Shown: positions 20,851 to 29,960 of the stretch, one piece after another
Layout of the letters: every line of letters begins with the position of its first letter
How positions within the stretch are numbered: position 1 is the first letter of the stretch
Made by a program: the position numbers and the translations under genes
Assembly (NCBI GenBank): GCA_043743785.1
Contig: JAYTVW010000161.1
Span: 35,063 to 99,062 of the forward strand
Reading direction: 5' to 3'
Length of the DNA stretch: 64,000 nt
Source of the DNA: Rhodocyclales bacterium
GTDB lineage: Bacteria; Pseudomonadota; Gammaproteobacteria; Burkholderiales; Rhodocyclaceae
The notes under the pieces: generated by a model
The model's input: the letters and a program-made list of their open reading frames with translations, nothing else
What the model was told of the DNA's origin: nothing
Databases searched by the model: none

Positions 20851-21641
20851 GAATCAGCGTCATCGTTACCACCTACAACCGGGTGGACGCGCTGGACCTG
20901 GTGCTGCAATCCCTGTCTGCCCAGACCGACCGCAACTTCGAGGTCATCGTCGCCGACGATGGCTCCAAGGCTGAAACCGGCACCTTCGTGCAGAACTTCT
21001 CCCGCCGCTGCCCCGTGCCGGTGCGCCATATCTGGCAAACGGATTTAGGCTTTCGCGCCGGGCGCATCCGCAACCTGGCCAGCCAGGCCGCCAGCGGCGA
21101 CTATCTCATTTACCTGGATGGGGACTGCCTCGCCCAGGCGGATTTCGTCGCCCGCCACCGGGCCTTGGCCGAACCGGGCCGGACGGTCACCGGTAGCCGC
21201 ATCCTGCTGGAACAGGCACTTACCCAATCCCTGCTCCACACCCGGCACTGGGACGAAACCACCTTCCGCCGTCAGGCCTGGCGCTACCGCCTGGGAGGCC
21301 AGATGAACAAGCTGCTGCCCCTCTTGCTCAAGGTGCCGGACAACCGCCTGCGCCACTACCGGGATTTTGTCTGGCGCCGCATCAAGAGCTGCAACCTGGC
21401 CTGCTGGAAGACGGACGCGGCCGCCATCGGTGGCTTCAGCGCGGATATGGACGGGGGCTGGGGCCACGAGGACGCGGATTTCGTCTTCCGCCTGCACCAG
21501 CACGGCGTGGGGCGCAAGTCCGGCGCCTGGGCCACGGAAGTGCTGCACCTGTGGCACCCCATGGCGAGCCGGGAAAAGACCGAGCCCAACCGCCTGCGCC
21601 TGCAGGCCAAAATTGACGCCTGGCGCGCCAGTGAGCGGTGA
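20847..21641 (+). CDS. family-2 glycosyltransferase
   Basis: GTG start overlapping the previous stop (GTGA). ISVIVTTYNR ... VADDGS ... LDGDC are GT2 motifs. The stop lies inside a heptad-repeat hairpin. Confidence 0.75.
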   Translation: MRISVIVTTYNRVDALDLVLQSLSAQTDRNFEVIVADDGSKAETGTFVQNFSRRCPVPVRHIWQTDLGFRAGRIRNLASQAASGDYLIYLDGDCLAQADFVARHRALAEPGRTVTGSRILLEQALTQSLLHTRHWDETTFRRQAWRYRLGGQMNKLLPLLLKVPDNRLRHYRDFVWRRIKSCNLACWKTDAAAIGGFSADMDGGWGHEDADFVFRLHQHGVGRKSGAWATEVLHLWHPMASREKTEPNRLRLQAKIDAWRASER

Positions 21642-21697
21642 GCGGTGAGCGGTGAGCGGTGAGCAAATCATGTCGCTCACCGCTCACCGCTTACCGC
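21631..21697. repeat. heptad-repeat hairpin (GTGAGCG)n - loop - (CGCTCAC)n
   Basis: Five GTGAGCG/GTGAGCA units, an 8-nt loop, then three CGCTCAC-type units. Overlaps the stop of the GT2 gene. Confidence 0.85.
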
Positions 21698-21761
21698 CTC
21701 TCTTACCCCTGGCTTATAATCCCGGCTCGCCTGAAACCCCGTGTCGAACCACCGCTTTCCG

Positions 21762-22727
21762 ATGACATCCATCCTGCTGGTCAAAGTCTCGTCCCTGGGC
21801 GATGTCATCCATAACCTGACGGTCGTCAGCGACCTGCGCCGACGTTTCCCGGAGGCCCGTATCGACTGGGTGGTGGAAGAAGCCTTCACGGATTTCCCGC
21901 GCCTGCACCCGGGCGTCACCGAAGTGATTCCCTTCGCCCTGCGGCGCTGGCGCCACCACTTGTTCGATCAATCCACCTGGCAGGAAATGCGTGCCTTCAA
22001 AAAGCGCCTGCAGTCCCGCCATTACGACGTCATCCTGGACACCCAGGCCCTCCTGAAGACCGCAGCCATCTGCAAGCTGGCCCGGGGCGAAAGCTGGGGC
22101 TTCGCCGCCGACACGGCCCGGGACCCCCTGGCCTCCCGCTTCTACGACCACACTGTATCACTGCCCCGGGGGCTACATACCGTGGAGCGCTACCGCGCCC
22201 TGGCCGCCGCCGCCCTGGGTTACAAGCAGGATCTGCCCCTGGAATACGGCCTCGCCGTCACGCCCCTCAAGGCCGACTGGTTGCCGAAGCGCCCCTACGC
22301 CGTGCTGTGCACCGCCACCAGCCGGGACCCCAAACTGTGGCAGGAAGAAAAATGGCTGGCGCTGGCCGCCTGGCTGCACGACCGGGGCTATGCCTGCGTA
22401 CTGCCCGCCGGCTCCCCGGTGGAACGGGAGCGGGCCGCCCGCCTGGCGGGCGCCATGGCGGATGCGGTGACCGTGCCCCCCATGAAACTGACCGACCTGG
22501 CCGCCGTCATCAAGGGTTCCGCCGTCGTCGTCGGCCTGGATACCGGCCTGACCCACATCGCCGCCGCCCTGGACCGCCTGACCCTGGCCATTTTCACGGA
22601 TTCCGATCCGGGCCATGCCGGCGCCTATGCGGGCGAAAAGGGCCTGAGCATTGGCCATCGCGGCTATTCTCCCAGCGTGGCAGAAGCCATTGCCGCCCTG
22701 GAAACCCTGTTCAAGGTCCACGCCTGA
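21762..22727 (+). CDS. waaC: lipopolysaccharide heptosyltransferase I
   Basis: MTSILLVKVSSLGDVIHNLTVVSDLRRRFPEARIDWVVEE is typical of GT9 WaaC. About 321 aa from ATG 21762. Confidence 0.85.
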   Translation: MTSILLVKVSSLGDVIHNLTVVSDLRRRFPEARIDWVVEEAFTDFPRLHPGVTEVIPFALRRWRHHLFDQSTWQEMRAFKKRLQSRHYDVILDTQALLKTAAICKLARGESWGFAADTARDPLASRFYDHTVSLPRGLHTVERYRALAAAALGYKQDLPLEYGLAVTPLKADWLPKRPYAVLCTATSRDPKLWQEEKWLALAAWLHDRGYACVLPAGSPVERERAARLAGAMADAVTVPPMKLTDLAAVIKGSAVVVGLDTGLTHIAAALDRLTLAIFTDSDPGHAGAYAGEKGLSIGHRGYSPSVAEAIAALETLFKVHA

Positions 22728-23980
22728 TGTCGCGTCTTGTCTACACCCTGCTGTGCTACCTGCTGCTGCCCCTGATTCTCCTGCGCCTGTGGAAGAAAGG
22801 GCGGCGCCAGGCCGCCTACAAGAAAAACATCGGGGAACGCTTTGGCAGCTACGGGCACGCCGTGGACGCCCCGGTGATCTGGATCCACGCGGTCTCCGTC
22901 GGCGAGACCCGGGCCGCCCAGCCCCTGGTCAAGGCCCTGGCGGACCGTTACCCCCAGGCCCGCATCCTCATCACCAACATGACACCCACCGGCCGCGCCA
23001 CCGCCGAGCAGCTTTTCGGCAACAAGGTGTTGCGGGCCTACCTGCCTTACGACTACCCCTTTGCCGTGGCCCGCTTCCTCAAGTATTTCCGCCCGGCCAT
23101 GGGCATCGTCATGGAAACGGAACTGTGGCCCAACCTGGTGGCCGCCTGTTACGCACGACGCATTCCCCTGGTGCTGGCCAACGCCCGCCTGTCCGAACGT
23201 TCCGCCGCCCGCTATGCCCGCTTCCCGGCCCTGACCCGACAAATGCTTGGCCGGCTCTCCGCCGTCATCGCCCAGACCGATGCCGATGCGGACCGCCTGG
23301 CCGCCCTGGGTGCCCTCAACGTGCAAGTAGCGGGCAACATCAAATTCGACGCCGTGCCGCCACCGGACCTCTTATCCACCGGTGCCTTCCTGCGCCGCCT
23401 CATCGGCCCGCGCATGGTGCTGCTGGCGGCCAGCACCCGGGACGGCGAAGAACGGGAGCTCTTGGACGCCCTGGCGCGGACGCCACTGGAAGGCGCCCTG
23501 CTGCTCATCGTGCCGCGCCACCCGGAACGCTTCGACGAAGTGGAAACCCTGGCCATCTCCCGCGGCTTCAAGGTTCAGCGGCGCAGCCTGGAGAAGCCCG
23601 TGGAAGCCGGCACCCAGATCCTGCTGGGCGACAGCATGGGCGAGATGTTCGCCTATTACACGGCTTGTGACGTGGCCTTCGTTGGCGGCAGCCTCCTGCC
23701 CCTGGGCGGGCAGAACCTCATCGAAGCCTGTTCTGTTGCCAAGCCGGTGCTGGTGGGCCAGCACACCTTCAACTTCCTCGAAGCCACGGAAGAGGCCATC
23801 GCCGTCGGCGCCGCCCTGCGGGTGGACAGCGCGGACCAGCTGATTTCCCTCACCCGGGTGCTCTTCTCCAATGCCAACGCCCGCCAGGCCATGGGGAGCG
23901 CCGGCCATGATTTCGCCGGACGCCACCGGGGCGCCACGGCCCGCACCCTGGAAATCATCGGCCATCTGGCCGGCGCCTGA
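22727..23980 (+). CDS. waaA: 3-deoxy-D-manno-octulosonic acid (Kdo) transferase
   Basis: ATG 22727 overlaps the waaC stop by 1 nt (the A of TGA at 22725-22727). MSRLVYTLLCYLLLPL ... IWIHAVSVGETRAA motif. The 140-codon upstream extension in the track is out of character. Confidence 0.88.
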   Translation: MSRLVYTLLCYLLLPLILLRLWKKGRRQAAYKKNIGERFGSYGHAVDAPVIWIHAVSVGETRAAQPLVKALADRYPQARILITNMTPTGRATAEQLFGNKVLRAYLPYDYPFAVARFLKYFRPAMGIVMETELWPNLVAACYARRIPLVLANARLSERSAARYARFPALTRQMLGRLSAVIAQTDADADRLAALGALNVQVAGNIKFDAVPPPDLLSTGAFLRRLIGPRMVLLAASTRDGEERELLDALARTPLEGALLLIVPRHPERFDEVETLAISRGFKVQRRSLEKPVEAGTQILLGDSMGEMFAYYTACDVAFVGGSLLPLGGQNLIEACSVAKPVLVGQHTFNFLEATEEAIAVGAALRVDSADQLISLTRVLFSNANARQAMGSAGHDFAGRHRGATARTLEIIGHLAGA

Positions 23981-24013
23981 GATTCAGGCTCCCTTCCCCC
24001 CTTGCCGCCCACA

Positions 24014-24682
24014 ATGAATAAACTCCTCATCGCTGTCCTGCTCATGAGTGCCGCCATCGTGGCCGCGCCTTTCCTCTTTCACCCGGGCGATAAGCCGGCC
24101 GTTACCCAGACCCCTGGCATGCCTTGGCAAATCGAGGTTCTGCCGGAAGGAAAATCCCGGGTCTTCGGCCTCACCCTGGGCAGCAGCGTGCTGAACGAGG
24201 CCACGGCGGCTTTTGGCGACGCCCCGCAACTGGCGGTGGTGGCCAGCTCCGGCCAGGCCGGCAGTATGGAAGCCTATTTCGAACGGGTGGCCCTGGGCCC
24301 CCTCACGGGCAAGATCATCGTGGTGGTGAACATGCCCGATGCCCGCTTGCTGGACATCCAGAAACGCGCCGACAAAACCGAACCCCTGGAGAGCGGCAAT
24401 CGCCGCTTCAGCCTCGCTGCGGAAGACCGGCAGGCGGCCGGCCTGGCCTTGGTACGGACCCTCACCTTCGTGCCCGCAGGCAAGCTGGATGCCCAGGTCG
24501 TACAGGATCGCTTCGGCCGTCCCGGCGAAAGACTGGCCGTCGGCGATATGGAGCACTTCCTTTACCCGGACAAGGGCCTGGACCTGGCCCTCTCCAGGGA
24601 GGGCAAGGCGGTCCTGCAATACGTGGCCCCCGCCGGCTTCGCCAAGCTCCGGGAACCGCTGCTGAGAGCAGGCAAGCAGTAA
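24014..24682 (+). CDS. hypothetical exported protein
   Basis: Signal-peptide-like N-terminus MNKLLIAVLLMSAAIVAAPF. Coding-like composition. No family recognised. Confidence 0.6.
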   Translation: MNKLLIAVLLMSAAIVAAPFLFHPGDKPAVTQTPGMPWQIEVLPEGKSRVFGLTLGSSVLNEATAAFGDAPQLAVVASSGQAGSMEAYFERVALGPLTGKIIVVVNMPDARLLDIQKRADKTEPLESGNRRFSLAAEDRQAAGLALVRTLTFVPAGKLDAQVVQDRFGRPGERLAVGDMEHFLYPDKGLDLALSREGKAVLQYVAPAGFAKLREPLLRAGKQ

Positions 24683-24765
24683 GCGGTGACGGGTAAGCGC
24701 GCTGCTCACCGCTCACCCATCACCGCACATCGCTCACCGCTCACCCATTACCGCTCACCGTTTTC
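24680..24765. repeat. heptad-repeat hairpin region (degenerate GTAAGCG / CGCTCAC units)
   Basis: GTAAGCGGTGACGGGTAAGCG ... CTCACCGCTCACCCATCACCG ... CGCTCACCGCTCACCCATTACCGCTCACCGTTTTCC. Starts at the stop of the 24014-24682 gene. Confidence 0.7.
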
Positions 24766-24777
24766 CCGGAGACCTGC

Positions 24778-25008
24778 ATGCCTCAATCCAACCTGAAACA
24801 GCAAAAAACCTTCACCACCATCCGGGTGGTCGGCGGCCTGAGCGCAGCCGTGGTGCTGGGCTATTCCACGTTTTCCAACTGGCTGGCCGGCGCGCCCCTG
24901 AAGGGTCCCCTGCTGGGCGTCGCCCTGCTCACCCTGGCGGCCATCGCCTATGCCGGCTTTTTTACCTGGAAACTCGGCAAGCTGGTGGAAGAAGAGGGTA
25001 AGCAGTAA
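24778..25008 (+). CDS. small hypothetical membrane protein (76 aa, two hydrophobic segments)
   Basis: GGAGA 8 nt upstream of the ATG. Two TM-like stretches. Bracketed on both sides by heptad-repeat hairpins. Confidence 0.5.
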   Translation: MPQSNLKQQKTFTTIRVVGGLSAAVVLGYSTFSNWLAGAPLKGPLLGVALLTLAAIAYAGFFTWKLGKLVEEEGKQ

Positions 25009-25088
25009 GCGGTGAGAGGTGAGAAAATCATCGCTCATCGCTCATCGCTCATCGCTCATCGCTCATCGCTCACCGCTCACCGCTCACC
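24998..25088. repeat. heptad-repeat hairpin with an 8-unit (TCGCTCA/CCGCTCA) tandem array
   Basis: Left arm GTAAGCAGTAAGCGGTGAGAGGTGAGA. Right arm is five TCGCTCA units (25031-25065), then one further TCGCTCA unit and two CCGCTCA units, ending 2 nt before ATG 25089. Confidence 0.85.
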
Positions 25089-25874
25089 ATGTCCTCCGAT
25101 CCCCTGCTGGAAGCCGTCCTCAAGACCGGCGTCACCCTGCCGACGCCCAGCATCGCCTTTGCCCGTCTGCAGGCCCTGTCGGTGAGTGAGCGGGCCGGTC
25201 CAAGGGAAATGGCGGACGTGGTGGGCAAGGATCCGGCCCTCACCGGCGCCCTCATGCGGGTGGCCAATTCCCCCGTCTTCGGCTGCCGCAGCAAGCCCCG
25301 CTCCGTGCAGGACGCCATCACCCTCCTTGGCCGTACCCGCACCCTGGCGGTCTGCATCAGCACCGCCCTGCGCAGCCAGGCGGAAGGCGTGGACACCCGT
25401 ACGCTGGAAGCGGTATGGGGCGGCAGCCAGAAGGTGGCCGAAGGCGCCTGGCGCTGCGCCCAGGCCAGCCCGGCACGGCGACTGGCGGACCAAGCCTACC
25501 TGGCGGCCCTGTTACACGAAGTGGGTATTCCCATCCTGCTCAAGCGCTACCCCATCTACCTGTTTCTGTTTCAGGACCCCAAGCGTGGGCTGGAAGAATC
25601 CTCCCGGAAACTGGATGAAATAACCCAGGCGGACCACGCTGCCGTCGGCGCCATGGTGGCGCGCAACTGGAAGCTGCCAGTGGAGATTTCGGAAGCCATC
25701 CGCTGCCATCACGACGCGGCCACCGCCGGCCGCCTGCCGGAAGAGGCCGGCACCCTGGCCACGCTCATCGCCTTTGGCCGGCTGCTGCGGGATGGTCCCA
25801 CGGAGGATTGGCTCCCCTGGGCGCCCCTGGCGGATCGCTATCTGAAACTCGACCCGGCGGGGCTGGGGGATTGA
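25089..25874 (+). CDS. HDOD domain-containing signalling protein
   Basis: LPTPSIAFARLQAL ... DPALTGALMRVANSPVFG ... HEVGIPIL ... DHAAVGAMVARNWKLP pattern is typical of HDOD domains. Confidence 0.75.
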   Translation: MSSDPLLEAVLKTGVTLPTPSIAFARLQALSVSERAGPREMADVVGKDPALTGALMRVANSPVFGCRSKPRSVQDAITLLGRTRTLAVCISTALRSQAEGVDTRTLEAVWGGSQKVAEGAWRCAQASPARRLADQAYLAALLHEVGIPILLKRYPIYLFLFQDPKRGLEESSRKLDEITQADHAAVGAMVARNWKLPVEISEAIRCHHDAATAGRLPEEAGTLATLIAFGRLLRDGPTEDWLPWAPLADRYLKLDPAGLGD

Positions 25875-25881
25875 AACTACC

Positions 25882-25945
25882 GTAGGGTGGGCAGGTTTCA
25901 TCTGTCCACGCAGGCGGTGGACACGCTACGCTTTGCCCACTCTAC
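25882..25945. repeat. GTAG-type REP pair, family 2 (GTAGGGTGGGCA...)
   Basis: GTAGGGTGGGCAGGTTTCATCTGTCCAC ... GTGGACACGCTACGCTTTGCCCACTCTAC. Lies between the convergent HDOD and MBL genes. Confidence 0.75.
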
Positions 25946-26907
25946 ACGGGAAAAGGGTAGCCTCTGGCTTCCAGGTCCAGCCAGACTTCCAGGCCCTGGG
26001 CGTTCAGCTCCAGGTCCGTATCCCACAGGGCCAGCAGATCGGCATCCGGCAGGGTGCAACCGAAGGCACGGGATTCCACCAGCAAGAGTTCCTGCAGGCC
26101 AGCCACAATGTTGGCGTGGCGCGCCGTACCCGCCCCCCTCTGCGCCAGGGCGATGTCGCAATGGGAGGCAATGAAACGCTGCATCTCCGCCGCCAGGGCT
26201 GGCACTTCACCGACCCGGCTGAAATGGGTCAGGTAGAGAAATTCAGGTGCGAAGTCGAGCAGGCGCTTGATGGTGGCCACCATGGCGTCCGGCTCGAACT
26301 GGGTGGGCGTGGTGCTCGGAAATATGAACTTCCGGCTATCCGTATCCATCTCCCGGTAGGAAAGTCCAAACACGTCGCCGGTGAAAATGCCCCGGCTCTT
26401 CCGGTCCACGATGGCGATGTGATGGCGGGCGTGGCCCGGCGCATCCACGCACAACAGTTCCCGCCCCGCCAGATCCAGCCTCAGGCCATCCACCGCGTCG
26501 ATGATGCGCGCCGCCGGCACGGGCACGATCTCGCCATACACCCGCTGCACATATTCGGCGCCATACACCGCCGTGACGCCGTCCACCAACCGGGCCGGCG
26601 AAGCCATGTGGCGCGAACCACGGGGATGCACCACCAGACGCGCATTCGGGCAAGCCTGCATGATGCTGCCGGCACCGCCCGCATGATCCAGGTGGATGTG
26701 GGTCAGGATGACGTAATCCACCGCCTCCGGCCCCAGGCCGATGCGCCCCAGGGCATCCAGCAGATGGGGCAGCGCATCGTTGCTGCCGGTATCCACCAGA
26801 GCCACCCGGCCGTTTTCCACCACCAGGTGAATGGCAGCCAACAGGGGGCGCACGTAGTTGGCGCAAAAGGCGTAAACGCCGTTGTTGTAGTCGATCCAGC
26901 GGTGCAT
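25942..26907 (-). CDS. MBL-fold metallo-hydrolase
   Basis: ATG 26907 (MHRWIDYNNGVY). THIHLDHAGG metal-binding motif. The upstream extension in the track was discarded. Confidence 0.8.
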   Translation of the reverse strand: MHRWIDYNNGVYAFCANYVRPLLAAIHLVVENGRVALVDTGSNDALPHLLDALGRIGLGPEAVDYVILTHIHLDHAGGAGSIMQACPNARLVVHPRGSRHMASPARLVDGVTAVYGAEYVQRVYGEIVPVPAARIIDAVDGLRLDLAGRELLCVDAPGHARHHIAIVDRKSRGIFTGDVFGLSYREMDTDSRKFIFPSTTPTQFEPDAMVATIKRLLDFAPEFLYLTHFSRVGEVPALAAEMQRFIASHCDIALAQRGAGTARHANIVAGLQELLLVESRAFGCTLPDADLLALWDTDLELNAQGLEVWLDLEARGYPFPV

Positions 26908-27158
26908 GGGGGAAATCTCCCGACAGGGGAGCGGCATTATAGCGAGAATGATTCCGCAGGAAGGCCGTTCATTCGACTCTGTCGTAATCAATTTAGGCCC
27001 ACGACCAAATGTTTGCGGCCCCCCCCAAGCCATCGGCGCCCATGCCGAAGGCACGCTTGTGGCAGGCCAGCGCACTCAAAATTCACATGCCCTTGCCAGG
27101 CTAGGGTTTGCGATCCCGCATTGCCTCACCTGCCGGAATGGCTTATCTTGCCCCGGCC

Positions 27159-28391
27159 ATGAGAATTATTGCTTTTACCGCCCTGCTCGCCAGCCTGCTG
27201 ACAGGCTGCGTCAGTACCGGCCCACTGGTCACCCAGCGGCCCCAGCCTGCCCAGCCCGCAGTCCCGGCGCCACCGACCGGCCAGTCCGCACCAGCGCTGC
27301 CCACTCCGCTGCCCCCGCCGCCAGCAACGCCCCGGGCCGGACCGGCGCCGATCCCGCCCGCCTACCCCGCCGAGACCGAAGGGCGCGGCAAGATCATGCG
27401 GCTCCTGCCCGCCAACGCCCCCGACCGGGCCGGCTGGGCGGCGGATATTTTCAGCGCCTTCGCCACTCTGCACTTGCCGCTGACAACGGAAAACCTGTGT
27501 TCCGCCATTGCCGTCATCGAGCAGGAATCCAGTTTCCAGGCGGACCCGGTGGTGCCGGGCCTGCCCCGCATCGTCTGGAGCGAGATCGAGAAGCGCCGCC
27601 AGAAGTACCTCATCCCGAAGCTCCTGCTGGATGCCGCCTTCCTCAAGCGTTCGCCGGACGGCAAGAGCTATAAGGCCAGGGTGGACGCCCTGCGCACGGA
27701 ACGGCAGATGAACCTGCTCTTCCAGGACATGATGGCCGAGTTGCCCTATGGCCGCACCCTGCTGGCGGGCTACAACCCCATCCGCACCGGCGGCCCCATG
27801 CAGGTCAGCGTGGATTTTGCCGAGGGCCACACCCGGCTGAAGGGCTATCCCTATGCCGTGGGCGGCAGCATCCGCAATGAAGTGTTCACCCGCCGCGGCG
27901 GGGTGTTTTTCGGCGTCGCCATCCTGCTGGATTACCCGGCTCCCTACACCCAGCCGGTGTACCGCTTCGCCGACTTCAATGCTGGCCGCTACTCCAGCCG
28001 CAACGCCGCCTTCCAGGCCGCCGTGACCAAACTCAGCAAGAAGCAGCTCGACCTGGACGGTGACCTCTTGATCTACGAGAAGGGTGAGGCCAGCCCGGAG
28101 CCATCCGCCACCCTGAACGCCCTCAAGCCCCTGGCCCCACGGCTGGGCCTGGGCAGAAACGAAATACGCCGGGACCTGCTGCTGGAAAAGACCGCCGGCT
28201 TTGCCGACACCCCGCTCTACCGCCAGGTTTTCGCCCTGGCGGACGGGGCCGGCCGGACGCCACGGGAAACTCTGCCCCGCATCGTGCTGAAAAGCCCCAA
28301 GATCACCCGCCACCTCACCACCGAATGGTTCGCCAAAAAGGTGGATACCCGTTACCAGACCTGCCTGAATCGCGGCCGGCAAACCGGCTAA
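27159..28391 (+). CDS. lipoprotein (DUF1615-like)
   Basis: MRIIAFTALLASLLTGC lipobox from ATG 27159. Pro/Ala-rich linker, then a conserved-looking domain (LLDYPAPYTQPVYRFADFNAGRYSSRNAAFQ). Confidence 0.7.
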   Translation: MRIIAFTALLASLLTGCVSTGPLVTQRPQPAQPAVPAPPTGQSAPALPTPLPPPPATPRAGPAPIPPAYPAETEGRGKIMRLLPANAPDRAGWAADIFSAFATLHLPLTTENLCSAIAVIEQESSFQADPVVPGLPRIVWSEIEKRRQKYLIPKLLLDAAFLKRSPDGKSYKARVDALRTERQMNLLFQDMMAELPYGRTLLAGYNPIRTGGPMQVSVDFAEGHTRLKGYPYAVGGSIRNEVFTRRGGVFFGVAILLDYPAPYTQPVYRFADFNAGRYSSRNAAFQAAVTKLSKKQLDLDGDLLIYEKGEASPEPSATLNALKPLAPRLGLGRNEIRRDLLLEKTAGFADTPLYRQVFALADGAGRTPRETLPRIVLKSPKITRHLTTEWFAKKVDTRYQTCLNRGRQTG

Positions 28392-28392
28392 T

Positions 28393-29526
28393 TCACTTCG
28401 GCCGGTAGGCCACTGCGGAGGTGAAGATACCGGACAGGCGCTGGACCTTGGCCCGGTCCCCCTGCCGCACCTCGCCCGCGTCCACCTTGTCGTGAATCAC
28501 GTAGCGCCGCTGGCCCAGGGCCTGGACCACGTGCTGCGCGGCGACGAACTCGATCACCCCGCGCCACTGGTTATCGCCCTCCTCTGTCTTCGAATAGGAA
28601 TACTGCTCGCAGGCTGCCGTGTTGCAGAAGCTGATACAGGCGTTCAGGCTATCCGCCGCCTCGTCCTGGCGGGCCGGCACCTTGGCTGAAGCAGGGCGCG
28701 GCACGGCAGCGACCGGGAGCGGCACAGTCGGCACCGCAGCGGCAGGCCGGGGCACTTCGACCGGAACGGCAACAGCCGCCGGTAGCACAGGGGACGCCGC
28801 CGGCACCGGAGCCACGGCGGCAGGCTGGAGACGCGCTGCGGGCGGCGTCACGACGGGGGGACGAGGAGGCGCGAAAACAGGGGGACGCAGGAGAGCAGGC
28901 GCTGCCGCCACCGGCTCCGCTGTCGGCCTCTGCCGCACCGCCGGCACACTGGCAGGCCCCGGCAGGCTGGCCAGGGGCGCCACGGCCCGCACCGGACGCG
29001 GCGGCGCCTCCGGTAGCGGAAAACTGGCCCCCATGCGGGCAGCAGCCTGTACCAGACGCACCAGGGCCAGGCTGCTGTCCTCGCCGGGCACCCGTTCGCC
29101 GATGCAGCCCACCAGGCGCACCGAGCCTTGCTCACTCTCCTTCACCGCCCCCGCGTAGCCGCTGCCGTCGCCCCCATCCAGCATGCTGACCGGCGTCGCC
29201 TCCGCGAACCAGCGGGACAGCATGGGGTGCACCAGGTTCGGCTCCACTTCCACCAGCCGGTCGATGCGGAACATCTTGGTCCAGCGATCCTGCCCCGGAA
29301 TAGCCCGCACGGCACCCAGCCAAGGCGGCAGAGTGGCCTTCGCCCAGGCGCTCAGGTCGACGATCTGCCCCGCCGGCAGCAGCACCGTCAGAGCGCGCAG
29401 AATGACCCCAGCCAGATCCGCCACCGCCGCTTCCCGCTGCCGGTCCACGTCCCGGGCCAAGGCCAGGGCCGCCAACGCCCGCGCCTCCATGTCCGTACCG
29501 ACCTCCAGCATCCTGTCAGTTTTCAT
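28393..29526 (-). CDS. hypothetical protein with long Pro/Ala/Val-rich central linker
   Basis: 377-aa ORF with globular-looking N- and C-terminal parts joined by ~115 aa of P/A/V-rich low complexity. No family recognised. Confidence 0.6.
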   Translation of the reverse strand: MKTDRMLEVGTDMEARALAALALARDVDRQREAAVADLAGVILRALTVLLPAGQIVDLSAWAKATLPPWLGAVRAIPGQDRWTKMFRIDRLVEVEPNLVHPMLSRWFAEATPVSMLDGGDGSGYAGAVKESEQGSVRLVGCIGERVPGEDSSLALVRLVQAAARMGASFPLPEAPPRPVRAVAPLASLPGPASVPAVRQRPTAEPVAAAPALLRPPVFAPPRPPVVTPPAARLQPAAVAPVPAASPVLPAAVAVPVEVPRPAAAVPTVPLPVAAVPRPASAKVPARQDEAADSLNACISFCNTAACEQYSYSKTEEGDNQWRGVIEFVAAQHVVQALGQRRYVIHDKVDAGEVRQGDRAKVQRLSGIFTSAVAYRPK

Positions 29527-29632
29527 TGTTTCACCCGCTCATTCATGCCCGCCCTCACAACGAAATCCGCCACCGGAAACCCATAGGGGGAAAAGATGCC
29601 GAGTAAAGCACAAAGCCTCGGTCGCCACCAGG

Positions 29633-29669
29633 GATATATCTTGATATATGCCACGCTCTGACCTAGACT
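29633..29669 (+). promoter_or_regulatory. putative sigma70 promoter and operator of vapBC
   Basis: TTGATA (29641-29646), a 17-nt spacer, then TAGACT (29664-29669), 30 nt before the vapB ATG. Overlapped by the 10-bp-phased direct repeat GATATAT (29633-29639, 29643-29649). Confidence 0.45.
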
Positions 29670-29699
29670 TTGGCATCACCTTTCCCAAAGAATGCCGTC

Positions 29700-29960
29700 A
29701 TGAGCCAGGTCGCCAAATTATTCACCAATGGCCGCAGCCAGGCGGTGCGCCTGCCGGCCGCCTATCGTTTTGACACCACGGAAGTTTTCATCCGCCAGGA
29801 TCCGGCAACCGGCGACGTGATCCTGTCGCGCAAACCAGACAACTGGGATGGGTTCTTCGCCAACCTGAAGACGGCCGGGATACCAGCGGATTTCCTGGAT
29901 GAAAAAGAACGCCAACAAGACAGCAAGGAGCGGGATCCTTTCGAAGGCTGCGGCGAATGA
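29700..29960 (+). CDS. vapB: type II antitoxin VapB (AbrB/SpoVT-like)
   Basis: MSQVAKLFTNGRSQAVRLPAAYRF looped-hinge-helix N-terminus. ATGA overlap with the downstream PIN gene. Confidence 0.8.
   Translation: MSQVAKLFTNGRSQAVRLPAAYRFDTTEVFIRQDPATGDVILSRKPDNWDGFFANLKTAGIPADFLDEKERQQDSKERDPFEGCGE

Noticed and set aside
22307-22726. 140-codon extension upstream of waaA
   Set aside because: Lies entirely within waaC in another frame. The WaaA-like sequence starts at ATG 22727.
21631-25088. Possible CRISPR array suggested by regularly repeated short units
   Set aside because: Units are only 7 nt, are directly tandem with no spacers, and form hairpins. The same applies to the 8-nt octamer arms of family-A elements. 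No cas genes are present.
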